Source of the DNA: Phoronis australis
Lineage: Eukaryota; Animalia; Phoronida
Direction of reading: 5' to 3'
DNA: 64,000 bases
Assembly: GCA_002633005.1 (NCBI GenBank)
Contig: NMRA01000014.1
Coordinates: forward strand, 521,898-585,897
Below are positions 12,420 to 25,499 of this stretch, piece after piece. How positions within the stretch are numbered: position 1 is the stretch's first letter; each line of letters opens with the position of its first letter. The position numbers and the translations under genes are program-made. The notes beneath the pieces are model-generated. The model searched no databases. It was not told the DNA's origin and saw only the letters and a program-made list of their open reading frames with translations.

Positions 12420-13920
12420 TAGCTGAAACATGGGAAAACTTTCATTGCTATACTGACGGGGTACTTCATGTTCAAATGGCTTCATGGGGAATGATAGGAG
12501 TGATAATTCAGGATAGTGGTTGGGACTTCAGTTCTCACACAGTCCTCAGTGAATACATGTGGTAGAACTGATTCCTTTCTTCAACTTTGCACTTGACTCG
12601 AACACGACATGCTCACCAGGAAGTAGCATTTCTTATTGCGGGAATTAAAGGTGCGGTTTTGGAACAACAATTTTAAGGTCTTTCTCTGGGAAAAATAAAT
12701 GCTCAACGAGAACTCCAACATTTAAATTCTGGATTGTTACCTTACAAGTCAAGTTACTGGCGTTCGTCTGTGGTCATCGTGAATGCAATATTCCACTTCT
12801 TGTGCTCGCTTTCTTTGCTCTTGGCCTTCAAAATTATGCAACACCATTTCCTGTCCACACCCAAGATATGAAAGTTTTGCCAGCTAACGTAAGATAGCAT
12901 CTACAGAAACACCAGGCACACACGGCCCAGAATCCGTGCAATTCCCGTTGACCAGGCGCGTGAACGAAATAAGGACTTAATCAAATACAGTCAGTGGTGG
13001 GGCATTGGCAAAGTGGACGGTGTTTGCGCACGAGCTAGCCAGGTTGCAGACTGAGTTTGAATGTATCTATGGTTTTGAAGCCAGCAGTGAGGAGACAAGC
13101 CACCATGACGACAGTGTATCCTTCCAGAACAATTTTATGAATCATGTGAGCAGTTTGTGTGGTGTAATTGTAGCCAAGGGAAACCCTTGACAAGGGTGAT
13201 GAACTTATGAAGATAGATACTCACAGATGTATTGATAGCACTCCAAATACTCAGATTATCAAAGCGACTCGAAAACAGGAGTACAGCAACTATAAGCAAG
13301 CAGTTATTAATGAAAAATCACAACCAATACAAGCAACCATCACGAAAAACATGTTTGTTGTTTTCAAAACAGCTAGCGGGAAGAAAAAAACAGAGTCTGA
13401 GAAATACATGGATGACACCAACAAAGATTACAAATTATTTAGTCACCAATTTATAGCTAGTCAAGTTCGAAAAGCTAACGGAACCTGGATGATTTCTCTA
13501 TGCCTGTGAATCATCCTTGGCCTCCATCCCTGAGCCAGAACGGCAGTCTCCGTTTACGTTTACAGAAGTCACAGTTGCCCAACATGTTAGAATTTCCTCA
13601 ACCAGACATTCCTGACTACGCCGATGCCAAAGTCTTTTATGGACCAGCTCTTGTTCATAGCTTTCCTGTAAACAAACCAACAATATTCGGTCAGTTCAAT
13701 GAAACATTGCAAAGTGGGCACATTCTAAACTTCACAACTGCAATAGAGTTGACTTGTGTTTGCTGCTAACACTGAAGACAGCTTGAGGTCACCGAAAGAG
13801 CTGCTAGAGGTTCAGGTAATCGTACCAACGTTTCATCCCGAAAACGACTACCTGTGAACTTCAGGAATTTATAGCAAAACTCGAAGAATAAGGAGGATAT
13901 GTTCATGATGTTAATTGAAT
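12420..13920 (+). pseudogene. Relic of the same uncharacterised element, part 2 (DUF6589-like region then PIN/FEN1-like region, both inferred)
   Basis: Collinear decayed motifs: LHVQMA..DSGW, TRTRHAHQ, FKFW..L, AIPVDQARERN, ELARLQTEFE..HHDD..FQNNF..GNP, LFSHQFIASQVR, NHPWPPSLSQNGSLR...KSQL, DAKVFYGPALVH, LPVNF..NKEDMF. Many stops and frameshifts. Confidence 0.65.
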
Positions 13921-16900
13921 TAGTTAGATGCACGACACTTTTCATTGTTCTCAGTCTTTATTCCGTTACGTTCGTACTTTCGGAACAAAACTCTACTCTC
14001 AACTGAACATAGATACAGTAACTGACCTAGCGACATAATTAAGACACACGATATTTCGAAATATACTTGTTTCATTCTCAAGTGAAGATAAAATGACGCA
14101 GTAATGCCACCACAGAGTATAAGTTAACGACACACAGTGAGACACGGCGGGTGTGAAATACTGCAAAGAATGACTAATGAAGGGGGGTAACAGGAAAGTC
14201 ACGCAAACAAGTGTAACGTGCGTGACTTTCCTGATAACACCCGAAAATTTAACAACCATTTGAGCACTTTTAGATCTCAAAACTCAGCAATTTCGATGAC
14301 TAGTAGCTATTGTTACAAGTGTTCACTTTGGCTGAGGTGGCTGTGAACAATTGCTCCTTACTATACAAAGACATGTGTTTGCCGGTGATTTTGATGCCTG
14401 AAGTGTACTGCACTCTTCCGACCTCCATGACATTTAGCGTGGGAAAAAACTACCAGAGTGCCTAATTTGGTGCTGTAATCTGAGTTGTAAGCGCTTTAGT
14501 AGCAACTTTCATCCGTTTGACTAATGGATTCCAGTCTCTTCTCACTCCAGGTTGCATTTCATGAACAGTGACTAACATTGAGCACACTAGTGATCAAACC
14601 TTTGTCACAAATTTCCCTCCTATATGAAAAAATAAATCAACAAATTTTGGTCCTGTTACGAGAGACTAGAACCATCCGTCGTAATATCCGTTCTGTGATA
14701 TTACACATTTCTAGCTGAATCACACTTTTGTCGCCAGTGCAAAGTTTAACATCAATTTTAAGAAAATGGTGCAAAGTCCAAATGAAACCAAACGGTTGCA
14801 CTCTCCTTTAAAGTCCTTCTCTCACGCGTTGTTAACCCTTATTGCATGGTTAGAGGATGTTATCAGGATCCAAGAAGTACTTACCCCATAACTAATACAA
14901 GATCCGTATTCGAAAAAAGTTTAAATGAACGCGCCACTCACGATTCGCACCCGAAGAACCACCGCCATTTTGAACTTTCCGCGAACCCTGAAGTACAATT
15001 CATTCAGGAACCCAGGCCGAGAAAACGCCGTCAGTGCGACTGGAGCAGTACCTGTACTGTTACCAGCCAGCAAACGGGGATAAAATAATCGACAGCGCGC
15101 CTTAATTTTAATAAAATCAAACTACGGACAATTTTATCGAATTTGCTGAAGAAATGTGGCGAATAAATTTTGACAGAAATTATTTTGCCAGACTCGGGTC
15201 CGCAGCCTATCGGACCCGGTGCGGATCGAGACCAGACACTTGCGAACGATAAATGCATGCGGTTGCAAGCTGTTTTGTCGAAATAAAATGGTCAAATCAT
15301 AAATGCTGCATATATTCAAAGGTAGTTTCAGACACTTGTATGAAATTACGGGCTGCCGGGTTAGTCCTGTGTCACACTGCCGCGGCAGACCTTAGATAGC
15401 CTGTGTCACCAACTATCAGTGAAGACTATCGTCAAAATACAGCTTGTTAGTAAGGCCTATACAGCTTTGCGCCAAGGCTACCCTTAGGCCTAACTGGTCG
15501 CTGGTCACAGCGCTCGTTCAAACGAGGTTTATTTAGAACTTGGGTACTTCTGGCGAACTGTGCAAAGTTGTTGGCTTTCAATAGAGATTTTCCCAGACAT
15601 TGTATGAGCGCACCAAGCCTAAAAGAATGGGGCGGGGGGCTGGAATTTTTGGGAATGTCTATCTTTTACTATAAGATTCAGTGGGTATTGTCAGAGCTAT
15701 GAATTGCAGACTCTAAATGTTGGTACTTCCTGTCTTCTAGTGGAATATTGTCTCATTTTCTACTTTTTCGGAATTCGTGCTTCTGTGACTGAGGCAGATC
15801 TTTTTCCAGTTCTCCAAAAAGGGGGCTCGTTCGAGCACATAAGTATGACAAGACCAATACAACATGTTATCATTTTTTATCCATTAACCCAAAATGATTC
15901 AAACTTTTAACATAAATAAGTAACTGAAAATGCACAATACTTTACAACATTTAGCATTACAAACACTATTCAACAGCAACAGTTTCCATGATATGAAAGT
16001 GGACATACATGTAACTATTACCATGGTGACGGAATAGTGTTTCCTTACACCAGAATTTGACAAGCATAATTTAAAAAAACAGGAAGTTGCAAGAAACAAG
16101 AATTGGAGGCTTGAAGCTTCACAATCCAACATAGCTTATTTCTCAAATTAAGATTATTCATATTGTTGACTTGATAACCTGAATTAAGAAGCAATAAGTT
16201 ACAAAACATGACTTGAAAGCAATTGAGACTTAAAATTTAGGAAAGTATGAATCATTTTGTGACACCGAATCAAGTCTTGAACACCATTTCAAAATTATTT
16301 CAACTATTTTTTTTAGCTTAGTCTAAGATCCTCCGAATGGGAAACTTACAGTAAAATAATTCTAATATATCTTATATTTTTGCACAAAAACACGAAAATT
16401 AAACAAAGTTTCATTTTTGTAGCAACGTTTGTCAAAATGTATCAACGTTAAATCTTCACAAATTACAAAGTACCGATTGAACATGCCTTTCAGTTCAGCA
16501 AAAGTCGCCATGTTGTCGGTGCCGCCAGAAATGAGACGAAGTCCAACGGGAATTGTGAGCACACTTAATGAGTAACAACTGCGAGGCTGAAATTTGGTGA
16601 ACACTGTTAAATCGTGCAGAATAGTAAGTAAAGATATGTCTAACAAAATTTCACCGACGTGATCCAGACAAAGTGACCCAAATTTCGCCACAAAACTTGC
16701 AATAACTTTACACTGCTTGCCCCGATTTTGATACTTTTTCGATTTTTACTGAGTAGAATGTACTACCTTTCCGATGATAGCAAAGTACTTTTTCAAAACG
16801 AGAAAAAAATAAAACCGAAAAAAAAAATTGGTTCGACCCATATTGGTTCCTAGGTTCGACCGGCCTACGTAAGGAACTAAACACCAATGCTATTTTAACA

Positions 16901-18169
16901 TACTAAGTACGCGTTACATTCCAAAAAAAAATCAACGACCACTAACTACAAACAATAAATACACTATGCAAACGAATCACGAGATATTACTATTAAAAAA
17001 AATAATGAAGACTTTTCGAGCAAGTCATAGCACACAAGGAAAAAATGGGGGCTTTCAGGACAAGTTCCTGAACTGATGAGCCGGAAATGTGGGTACGGAA
17101 ATAACCGATGACAGCCGGTAATTATACGCTCACAGAGAAGGGTCAAATACTGTAAAAAAATCGCTTTTGGCAAGAAAGGCGAAAAGAATATAAAGAAAGG
17201 GTGTCGAAAATAAGATTTTATGTAGTAAGTATTTTCGAATACTTGAACCATATGGGCAGTTTGAGAGAAGGACTTTAAAACACACTTAACCCGTCCTTGA
17301 ATAGTAATTTATAGACACGCTGGACAACGTATTGAACCTTGGAACACAATTTTCCCCTGATTTTACTAATCAAATTCGTACCTGTAATAGGGGCGAGACA
17401 TAAATATAGAGTTCCTAACTAAAACATAAATAATCATTTAAATAAAAATGTCGGCAGTATATGCAGAACTGCCAACATTTTTTCGAACCAACTTACTCTT
17501 GACATCATTTTATCGCTGAGTACCTCTGCTGTAAGTTGTTGTCGTAATTTGTGAGATGTCAAAAGTTACCTACTGACCTAGTTCTTACTAGAAATGACGG
17601 CAACACTCGAAGTCGTATTCTGTCGGAAGCTGAAATTGAATGAGTTTTGATTTTGCAAGCGGCCTTTTTTAAAGTACAGTATTTGTAAATTGAGATTACA
17701 AATTCTTGTTTGGAAAGCATGAACAAAACAGATATCTATGTTATAAACCAGGTGTGTTCTGAAACAACTGTGATGTAGCACATTCTAAATTTCTTTGAAA
17801 ACCGCCGTTTGCAAAATCTCAATAAGATTCACCACAAGTGAATAGCACTGGTTTTTGGTTGCACATTAATAGGCCCGAAGAAAAACGTCGTTAAGATATC
17901 CTGCAACTAAGACTCTTCAAACTGTACCGCACAACTGGTCTTTTTTATTTTGTAAAGCCTGATGTGATAACGGTTACATTTCGGTCCACGCCTATTGGAA
18001 GCGCTGACACGATTGCTTACCGAAAACATTTGTTGATCAGGTCAAAGGCATGTGAGATGGGATTTTACTACAATGTTGTTTGCGCGGTGTAGCATCAAAA
18101 TGGGTAACGGCAATCTTTTGTATTGAACAGACCAAGCCTCACTGATTACCCTAACATACTTTACCGTAG

Positions 18170-18352
18170 ATTGGCTGGAGTGGCAAGAGAGCGGGAGTTG
18201 CAGCGCCACCTGTGGGTCTGGTCGACGCATGGCTTACCGAGACTGTTACGTTGCACCGACACACGTCAACCTGACTTGGTGTAAAGGCTCTCGCAAAAGA
18301 TACAAGCCGTGCTCTGCTGAGTTCACGTGTGATATAGTGCAAAAACAGAAGG
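18170..18352 (+). CDS. Semaphorin exon: thrombospondin type-1 repeat (TSR)
   Basis: Branch-like CTAAC at 18151, ccgtag acceptor, GTAACG donor at 18353; 183 nt, phase 1-1. Reads DWLEWQESGSCSATCGSGRRMAYRDCYVAPTHVNLTWCKGSRKRYKPCSAEFTCDIVQKQK, the WxxW..CSxTCGxG..R.C..C..C..C TSR consensus. Confidence 0.88.
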
Positions 18353-18959
18353 GTAACGAGCAGAATTAATTTTAGGGGAACTTAAGTTCGATGGTTGATT
18401 ACACCATAGTGAAAGTAAGCTTCGATCAAGTGCATCTGAGGTTTCGCTACTTATGCTCTATGCAGCTGTTTGATGCAAAGTTCTTTCTTGCTAGGGCTAA
18501 GGGTGGATTTTTTATGGTAGTAAGAGTTGTTATGAACGAAATCTTCTTCCAAACGAATATTGATGACAATTTTTGATTTTTTGCTATCTAATAATTTGTC
18601 AAACGGAGAATCGTCTGCTTGGAAGTTTAGGATTAGGAAAAGTTTACGATTACCTTAAGATATCCACATGATGCATGAATGACGAATAATATTAATAATG
18701 ACGGAAACATACTGCCCTTAAAACCATTCGCAACTCCGCCGTTTTTTCAATCGATTTGCATTCGAGTGTTATCATTAGAAAGCCCCCAATGTGGTGATGC
18801 TTGTTAAACCCGAAGCAATACATAACAGTCTACTGAACGTTGTACATGTATCATTTAAACAGTCTGTGTACACAAAAACCTTACATGGTTACGGTTCAGA
18901 TGAATAGAAAATGCAATGATGTGGAAACGGATTCAGGTTTTTCGTGGGGTGTTGTTTAT

Positions 18960-20140
18960 TGAAAACATTCAAATCATTCGGTGTTGAATGAAACAAGAAA
19001 CTGACTAGGGTGCATTCGAATGACGTTGCGGAAACAATTGTTGGCGGATTTGCCGTTAACCTTAGGAAGCCCGGAAAAGAACTGCGGGATATACGTGTAC
19101 AGCAAGGAGCTAGTTTAATAGGAAGGGGATGGTTAACGGCACCTCTACCCGGAGTAGCGAACCGGCTCGACGAGCAACGAGTAAACGAAGTTGTCAAACA
19201 ACGATGACGTGTCCTTCTTTCACCTCCCTGAGGTGGACTCTCGCTCGTTGAACGCGAAGGATGTGTGACCCTGTTCTCAAGAAGACTCGCATGCGTTTGG
19301 AACACTATTGGAGGAATGTAAATGAACAGCAGAATCGATGTTATATGAAACGCGAAGGACTCAGTGTTGACGAGGGTACTTTCATGTTCGGAAAGCGGGT
19401 AGTTTTACCCCAGAAGAAGGAGATGCGAACTCAATGCAACTCATCCCGGTATCGTGAAAATGAAAATCTTATCCAGGTTGCATTTCTGGTGGCCTAAGAT
19501 TGACTCTGAGCTGGAACACTGCCAAGTTAATCAAAGGACATGAGCGAGAATGAATATACTTCCGTGGGAGTTTCGGGAAAACCCATGGCAGCGCATTCAT
19601 TTTCATTATCAGCCATTTGAACATGGCAGCGCACCTTAGGGGGCTGGGGTAAGGGGTATAGCCCGTGGTCTAGGGACAGTGCTTCACAGGGGGGGCCGAA
19701 GAGGTATAGTTCCCCACTTTTTAAGTGCTGCGCCGTCCATGTTGAGGTATAAGTTATTTTGAACAGACGAAATATTCACACCAAGTAGATTGAAGACACA
19801 TGTAAGCAAACTGCTACTATACATGGAAGTTTATAATCGTGCAGGAAATGCATCGGTGGTTTGCGTAATGTGGAATACCAAATGTAGTAACATATAACGG
19901 ACCCCAGTTTGTAATGTAGATCTGTACGAGAAGACGCATTAATGACGTCTCCGGAATCCGCGGGAACATTTATCAAATGATCAGCCGGTCAGTGAAATAC
20001 CTAACAGTGGATAGGATCAAGTATCGAACTCAACCACAGTCACACTCGTGAACCTGAAACTTTCACAAAACCAGTAGGATCAGATTGTCCAACTATTGAA
20101 GAATCGCCGTGTCGTTCTTCGCGCACCAAGAGAATACCAG
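18960..20140 (+). mobile_element. Degenerate Gypsy LTR retrotransposon pol (protease end, integrase Zn-finger region)
   Basis: GASLIGRGWL (protease end), DPVLKK...REGLSVDEGTFMFGKRVVLP, HPGIVKMK.L...FWWPKIDSELE, PWE...PWQRIH. Internally deleted and frameshifted. Confidence 0.75.
19622..19741. mobile_element. Short GC-rich MITE inserted in the Gypsy relic
   Basis: Ends CATGGCAGCGCACC / GCTGCGCCGTCCATG with near-duplicated flanks ttgaa/ttgag. Related copies at ~56620-56690 and ~62670-62738. Confidence 0.6.
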
Positions 20141-20551
20141 GGAGATGCAAGGACAAGACCCTTGTTTTATAGTTTAAAGTGCTACATTAGTGTTCCTCAC
20201 TGTAACACAAGATTGTTAAGTGCATTGATCAAACACCTTGGTACAATTAGTATGGTAACCGCTTCAAGGTTGTGCAGTCTAAAAGGGTGCAGGGTATGGA
20301 GTAATCGTTACGTGATTTTAGTTGGAACTGGATGCACTTGTGAACCAGCCATTCTTTGGAACAAACGTGTCAACTTTACTCTGAGAATTTATACTCACAT
20401 CTAACACTACACTACAGTATGTTTCAGTTCACATAACCACCGTTCTCTGGTCAAAGCAAAATCGTCGTTTTTCGTGACAGAACTGGGTGACAGATTTTAG
20501 TTTCTTGCGCATGTGTGCCTTACATGTACATATGTTACTATATACTTTCAG

Positions 20552-20934
20552 TGGCCTTTAACTACTTATTAAAGGACCTGAACAAAGATGAAAGACGAAC
20601 TCTTATCAGTTGGGGCGTTGCGGCAGGTCTTATTAGCGGCTTCGTCATGCTGATTTGGTGGTTGCGTGATTGGTACGTTACTGATTTGGCTGAGGTACAA
20701 AAAAATGCTAGCCGGGAATTTCGTCGGATTGTTGTTCGCCTGAACGCTTTGCTGGAAAATGACAGCGAACTACTTAGCGAGACTCTTGACGGCAAAAGAG
20801 ATTTCGACAAGGCACTCGCCAAAGGAAGTCACCATGTCGTGGAGACAGCGGTCGAAAAGTATGCTCTGACGAGACGGCCAGTGGTCCGACCTAGGCTCAA
20901 AAGTTTCAAGAACAACTTCAAAAAGCTCATGAAG
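20552..20934 (+). CDS. Semaphorin exon: transmembrane helix plus start of cytoplasmic tail
   Basis: ctttcag acceptor in phase 1, matching the TSR exon. Hydrophobic LISWGVAAGLISGFVMLIWWL at 20602-20664, then 90 open codons. Phase-0 donor AAG|GTGTGT. Confidence 0.8.
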
Positions 20935-23504
20935 GTGTGTGCAAATTTAGTTGTTACGTAAAATTTTCTCCAATGTACATGTAATCTCACGATTAAATCT
21001 CGGGGTAGTCGTCTTGGTTTAAGAGAAATGCGCCTATTATCGTCAATTCAAGACATCAGAAGGAAAGGAATAATGAATGAACACTGAATGAGACGGAGAG
21101 GCTATTTTTTAACGAAGAGAGATTTTCTTTTGAAAAAAAGACCTGTATTGTGAATTATGTCTGGTCCACATGCTGGCAAAAACGCTTGCGTTATCACTAA
21201 CGCTATCAACAATTTAATAGATGCAAAAAACAACGCCAGTTCCATGTGTGCGAATAATCCGAAGTTTGAGTTACCAAATTTTCACAACGCCCAAAATTCC
21301 CTCAGCTTCAAAGTGGGCCATCCCTGGAGACCCAAATTGCCACAACTTGTCCACATTGTCAAATCAAAAGTGAGCTTGTTTTTAAATAAAACTTCGCATA
21401 ATGGCCACTGTATGAGAACGTCAGGCAAATCGCAATATTTTGGGAACACGACATGTCACGATTTTTAAAACTGGTGAGGTATACATATCACTTGGGGTGA
21501 TTAAGGTCTAAAATCTAAAAAGTTGTCTTGTTTTTCACCAATTAGTAAATATATAGCGTATAACCAACGAGGGTAAAAATTGACCCCGTTGCTTTGTGCG
21601 CGATACCTGAAATTGTCTAATGTTTCGAGGGGAATTAAACCCCTTTGTCGTGGCTTAGAAAATCAAAACTTGATTAGGTGATAAACTACCATACTTGCTA
21701 AATATGAGGGTGTCAAAGGTAAATCAGAACTAGTGATTTTTGTTATTTTGAGGACGTTTTAAATGCGCTGCCTCCGCCCGCTAAAACAGTTCCACATTTA
21801 GGCCTAGTTCAAGGGCCATGTAATAAAAAGGCGCCGAATCATTACCATCCCCTTATAATTCCCGCGACTGCCACAACGTTCATCTTTGATAAGATATCTT
21901 TATTTTCAAGCACACCGCCCATTTTAATTCCTGAATTTACACTTTGGCGAAGGCACTTTTACCACTTCCAATTGTTTCAGTCCACCACAAATAGGTGACA
22001 GAAAATCATTATAAAAATATAACTCACAATGGATGTAAATGTAGTACTATACATGTATGTAATAAATACAAACGTAGCAAAATTTTATTCAAAATCACTA
22101 TATCTGTTTCGAACATTCCTTTATCGAAATTGCGTTAATTACATATATCTAAGAAATGGAATAAGGTTCACGAAATCAGGTCACTTTCTCCACCGAAATG
22201 GCTGTTACAATGTCCGGTTTGGGGTCTCGTCGCCTTGTTCCACTTCATGTTCTAGAGCAGCCGACAAAGGACTTTTACCAGTACCACGCTACATGAGATA
22301 CTGTCAATAGTCAGTGTTCCGGTTCAGAATGGGAATTGATTGGTAATGGGGGACAAATGGTTGAATCGGGTAATCATACGTCGAAGTATATGGTAAGCTA
22401 AGCATCGCCAATGTCTAGACCATTCGAAGCAAGCAAGAGAGGATAAGAACTCACGTATGTGGGCCTGTTCACCAAGCCATTATGTCTATAGACGAGCTTA
22501 GGGTATACTTTTCAATTATGTTGTGTTTTCTCGTAGATATCAGTTGTTTATGCAGTGCATTATTCGTAATTTCTGTTATAATCTCCTTTGTGCTGCACAC
22601 TAATAAAACAAAAATGCTAAAATTTGATGATTTCCAAAGGCAGAAACGAGCCAAAGTTCCTAGGGGCATTTTTCTGCAATTTCGTAAATAAAATTGGTTT
22701 ATGTGTTGAGCATTCCACAAAAGAATAATTTAAGTAAGCTACATGTCTCGCTCCCACATCTGCCTGACTTTCTAATGCAGTGACCAATATACGGCTGATG
22801 AGAAAAAGGACCTCTTCGCGCACAGCTGGTGTGTCTGGACATACATGCAACAATAGCTTTTGCTATCAATTTGGCAACCATTTTAAACTTATTATTCTTT
22901 AAAATCGGGCGATAACTAGTAACCTGACTTCACATGAACAATCCATTGTTCAAATTTCATGAAACAGTTGAATTGCGAATATTTGGTTTAAAGTGCGTTT
23001 CCCGCAACACGTAGCTATGTTGATTAAACCATAAGTGCTCTTTCGGTTTCGAGGGTAATTGAAACAATTTGAATGAGCCTAGCTAATTTCATGAGATTGG
23101 TGGAGTACAACTTGATACTTTATTACTTTCACAACCATAAAAGCATAATACCTTGGAAATTTCGTCTTCTATCGACAGTCATCTTCCGAAGTTAAGGGAC
23201 ACTAGGTGGCGTGGTGATTCGGCTCTTCCAGGTTTTATACAACTTATACTATCCATTGTCCCTGTTCTCCGCGGAGCCACTTTTCTCACCCAAGTAGACT
23301 CTCTTATCCGTCTGGGTCAGAAAAAATGACTAAGTCAAGATATTCAAATTTTCTGAGTGTGAAAGTAAGAAATTATCAAATTTTAATTGGAATAACCGTT
23401 TTCTTATAAACAAATTGGATCATGCATATAGGAGCAAACCATATATGCATGAGTTAAATCAAGTTTGTTTTTACATAAACACATTTCTTACATTATTCAT
23501 TCAG

Positions 23505-23870
23505 GAAACCGTCGGCATAGCCAAAAGAGAACGCCGTGCTCTAAAGAAGTACTTGAAAAAGTTGCAATCCACGTACTACCGCAAACGTGAAACGAATACT
23601 TCACAACTTAGCGCCACTCATTTGTCAACTGTACCTCCACAAGGCAGCTCTTTAATGACCTCGATGACCATGCCATCGTCGGTTTCGTCTTCGTCGACTG
23701 ACAGAATATTTTCTGTGCCCAAGCAATTGTCTGACCAGTTCGATAGGACACCAAAATGTGGATCTCAACCAAATGCGTTTCTTCCTCGGGCTTACGACCC
23801 GCATATTGATGCCACTCATTCGTTGCATACGGTGAACGAATACGTTTTGAAATACAAGAATGCTTTTTAA
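23505..23870 (+). CDS. Semaphorin terminal coding exon (cytoplasmic tail)
   Basis: ttcag acceptor in phase 0. Reads ETVGIAKRERRALKKYLKKLQ..., then Ser/Thr/Pro-rich sequence, ending EYVLKYKNAF and TAA, followed by AATAAA. Confidence 0.78.
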   Translation, partial: ETVGIAKRERRALKKYLKKLQSTYYRKRETNTSQLSATHLSTVPPQGSSLMTSMTMPSSVSSSSTDRIFSVPKQLSDQFDRTPKCGSQPNAFLPRAYDPHIDATHSLHTVNEYVLKYKNAF

Positions 23871-23903
23871 TTGCAAATAATCTACCCGTTATGCAATGGA
23901 AAT

Positions 23904-23909
23904 AATAAA
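23904..23909 (+). promoter_or_regulatory. Putative polyadenylation signal of the semaphorin gene
   Basis: AATAAA 33 nt after the stop codon. Confidence 0.5.
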
Positions 23910-25499
23910 GAGAATCGCAAATCCATAGTTATTATATTCCGATTGTAAACTCGTCTTTATAATAACTGTAATTAAAGTCAATTTAGGAAACGATGACTGT
24001 TCACCGAGAAGTTATTCATGACAACTCTCAGAGTCTATCCTAAGGTCAGACCGGACCCTGAAAACGATGCACCGATGTGCGCTATTGCAATCCAGGCGAG
24101 AAGTGCATCTAACACGTGAACATCATTTGGGAATCTTTATTAAACTGATATACAGGGAACTCCGGTCGCGGAAATTACAAAATTGTACACGGCGAAGAAG
24201 TAGCCGACCACATGCCATTTCCAAGGCAAGCAGTGCGTCGTAACTTTCAGAAATTTAGATTTCAACATCGCATACCTGACAAAGGCGCAGTACAGATTTT
24301 TTTACGAGTTAACATTGCCAGCCTCCCTCAACAAGTGAAGTTCTGGCCAGTAACATGTACAAAGCACAGTGATATACGGATACGAATGTATCCCGGAGCA
24401 TGTTAGTCTTGGGGTCAACGTTACTCTGCATTAACCCGTTTCGCCTAACTCGTATTCAGAGATTGTGTTGAACTCATTTAGACCTAGCCTTAGTGTAAAG
24501 CTGTATGCATATACTTGCACATACTTGTACTTCATGTACAGCTTTACGCCAACGTGGGTAAAAAATTTAAAAATCAGACACACAATTAGTGCCTTTAAAA
24601 TTATTTACCGGTGTTGAAAAATGGCACTCTATTGTCATTCTGCTGCTAAAGTTGAGGTACGATTTTTTGTGTACGACGCCAATTTTTCCAACACCAGTAA
24701 ATAATGTAGTTTACTCAATGAAGTGCGTAGTTTTTAATGAAACTAATTTTGTGTCAGATTTTATCTGGTTAGTTTTTTACTGACATTGGAGCAAAGCTCT
24801 CCATTTAGTATACAGCTTTGGACCAAGTCTAGAAATTAGATGGCTGGCGGGCTACCTTAGACCCCACAATTTCCCGCAGACTGGTAGTTGTGCTTGTCAC
24901 CTCAGCGTGAATCTTACATCAACGTGAAGAGCTAACGACCGGCAGGGAAGCATGCAAAATGTGGGAGTTAAGTGACACTCATCTTGCCCGTTGGAGCCCT
25001 GAAAGTGTAAAACGATCTAATAAATGTCATTTTCTTGCATACATGCAGTTTTTCGCTTTTTGTATTAAAGGAATGTCTGTAGTTGTTTTGAAAACAATAC
25101 GCTCTTAACACTCACACGCGCCATTTCCTATTTTTGCGACATATCTCGCAGCAGTAAAGTTTCTTCTGAAAATCGGTTTGCTGGTATTTAAATACTAAAA
25201 TCCTATAACGGAGTGCAACCAGTTCCGATAGTTTGTTACGATATCTACTGTACGGAACATCGTGGATGAAGAACAGTTCATTAAAAAATCGGCGAAAATA
25301 GAAACTTGCCTATATAGACCGGCAGCCCAAAGCACTTAGCATAGATGGACGAGGTACCAACATCTAACCTTAGGAGCACTCAGAGTCCAACTCAGTATAT
25401 AAATAATTGGACGTCTGCCGTTGTTTGCACTCTGGGGTCGACCCCTGGGGACCTTACATAGGAGCCAATATGGGATAGATTATATATTTAAGGTATCGG

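Noticed and set aside
23856-23870. C-terminal KNAF as a PDZ-binding motif
   Set aside because: Position -2 is Asn, which fits no canonical PDZ class.
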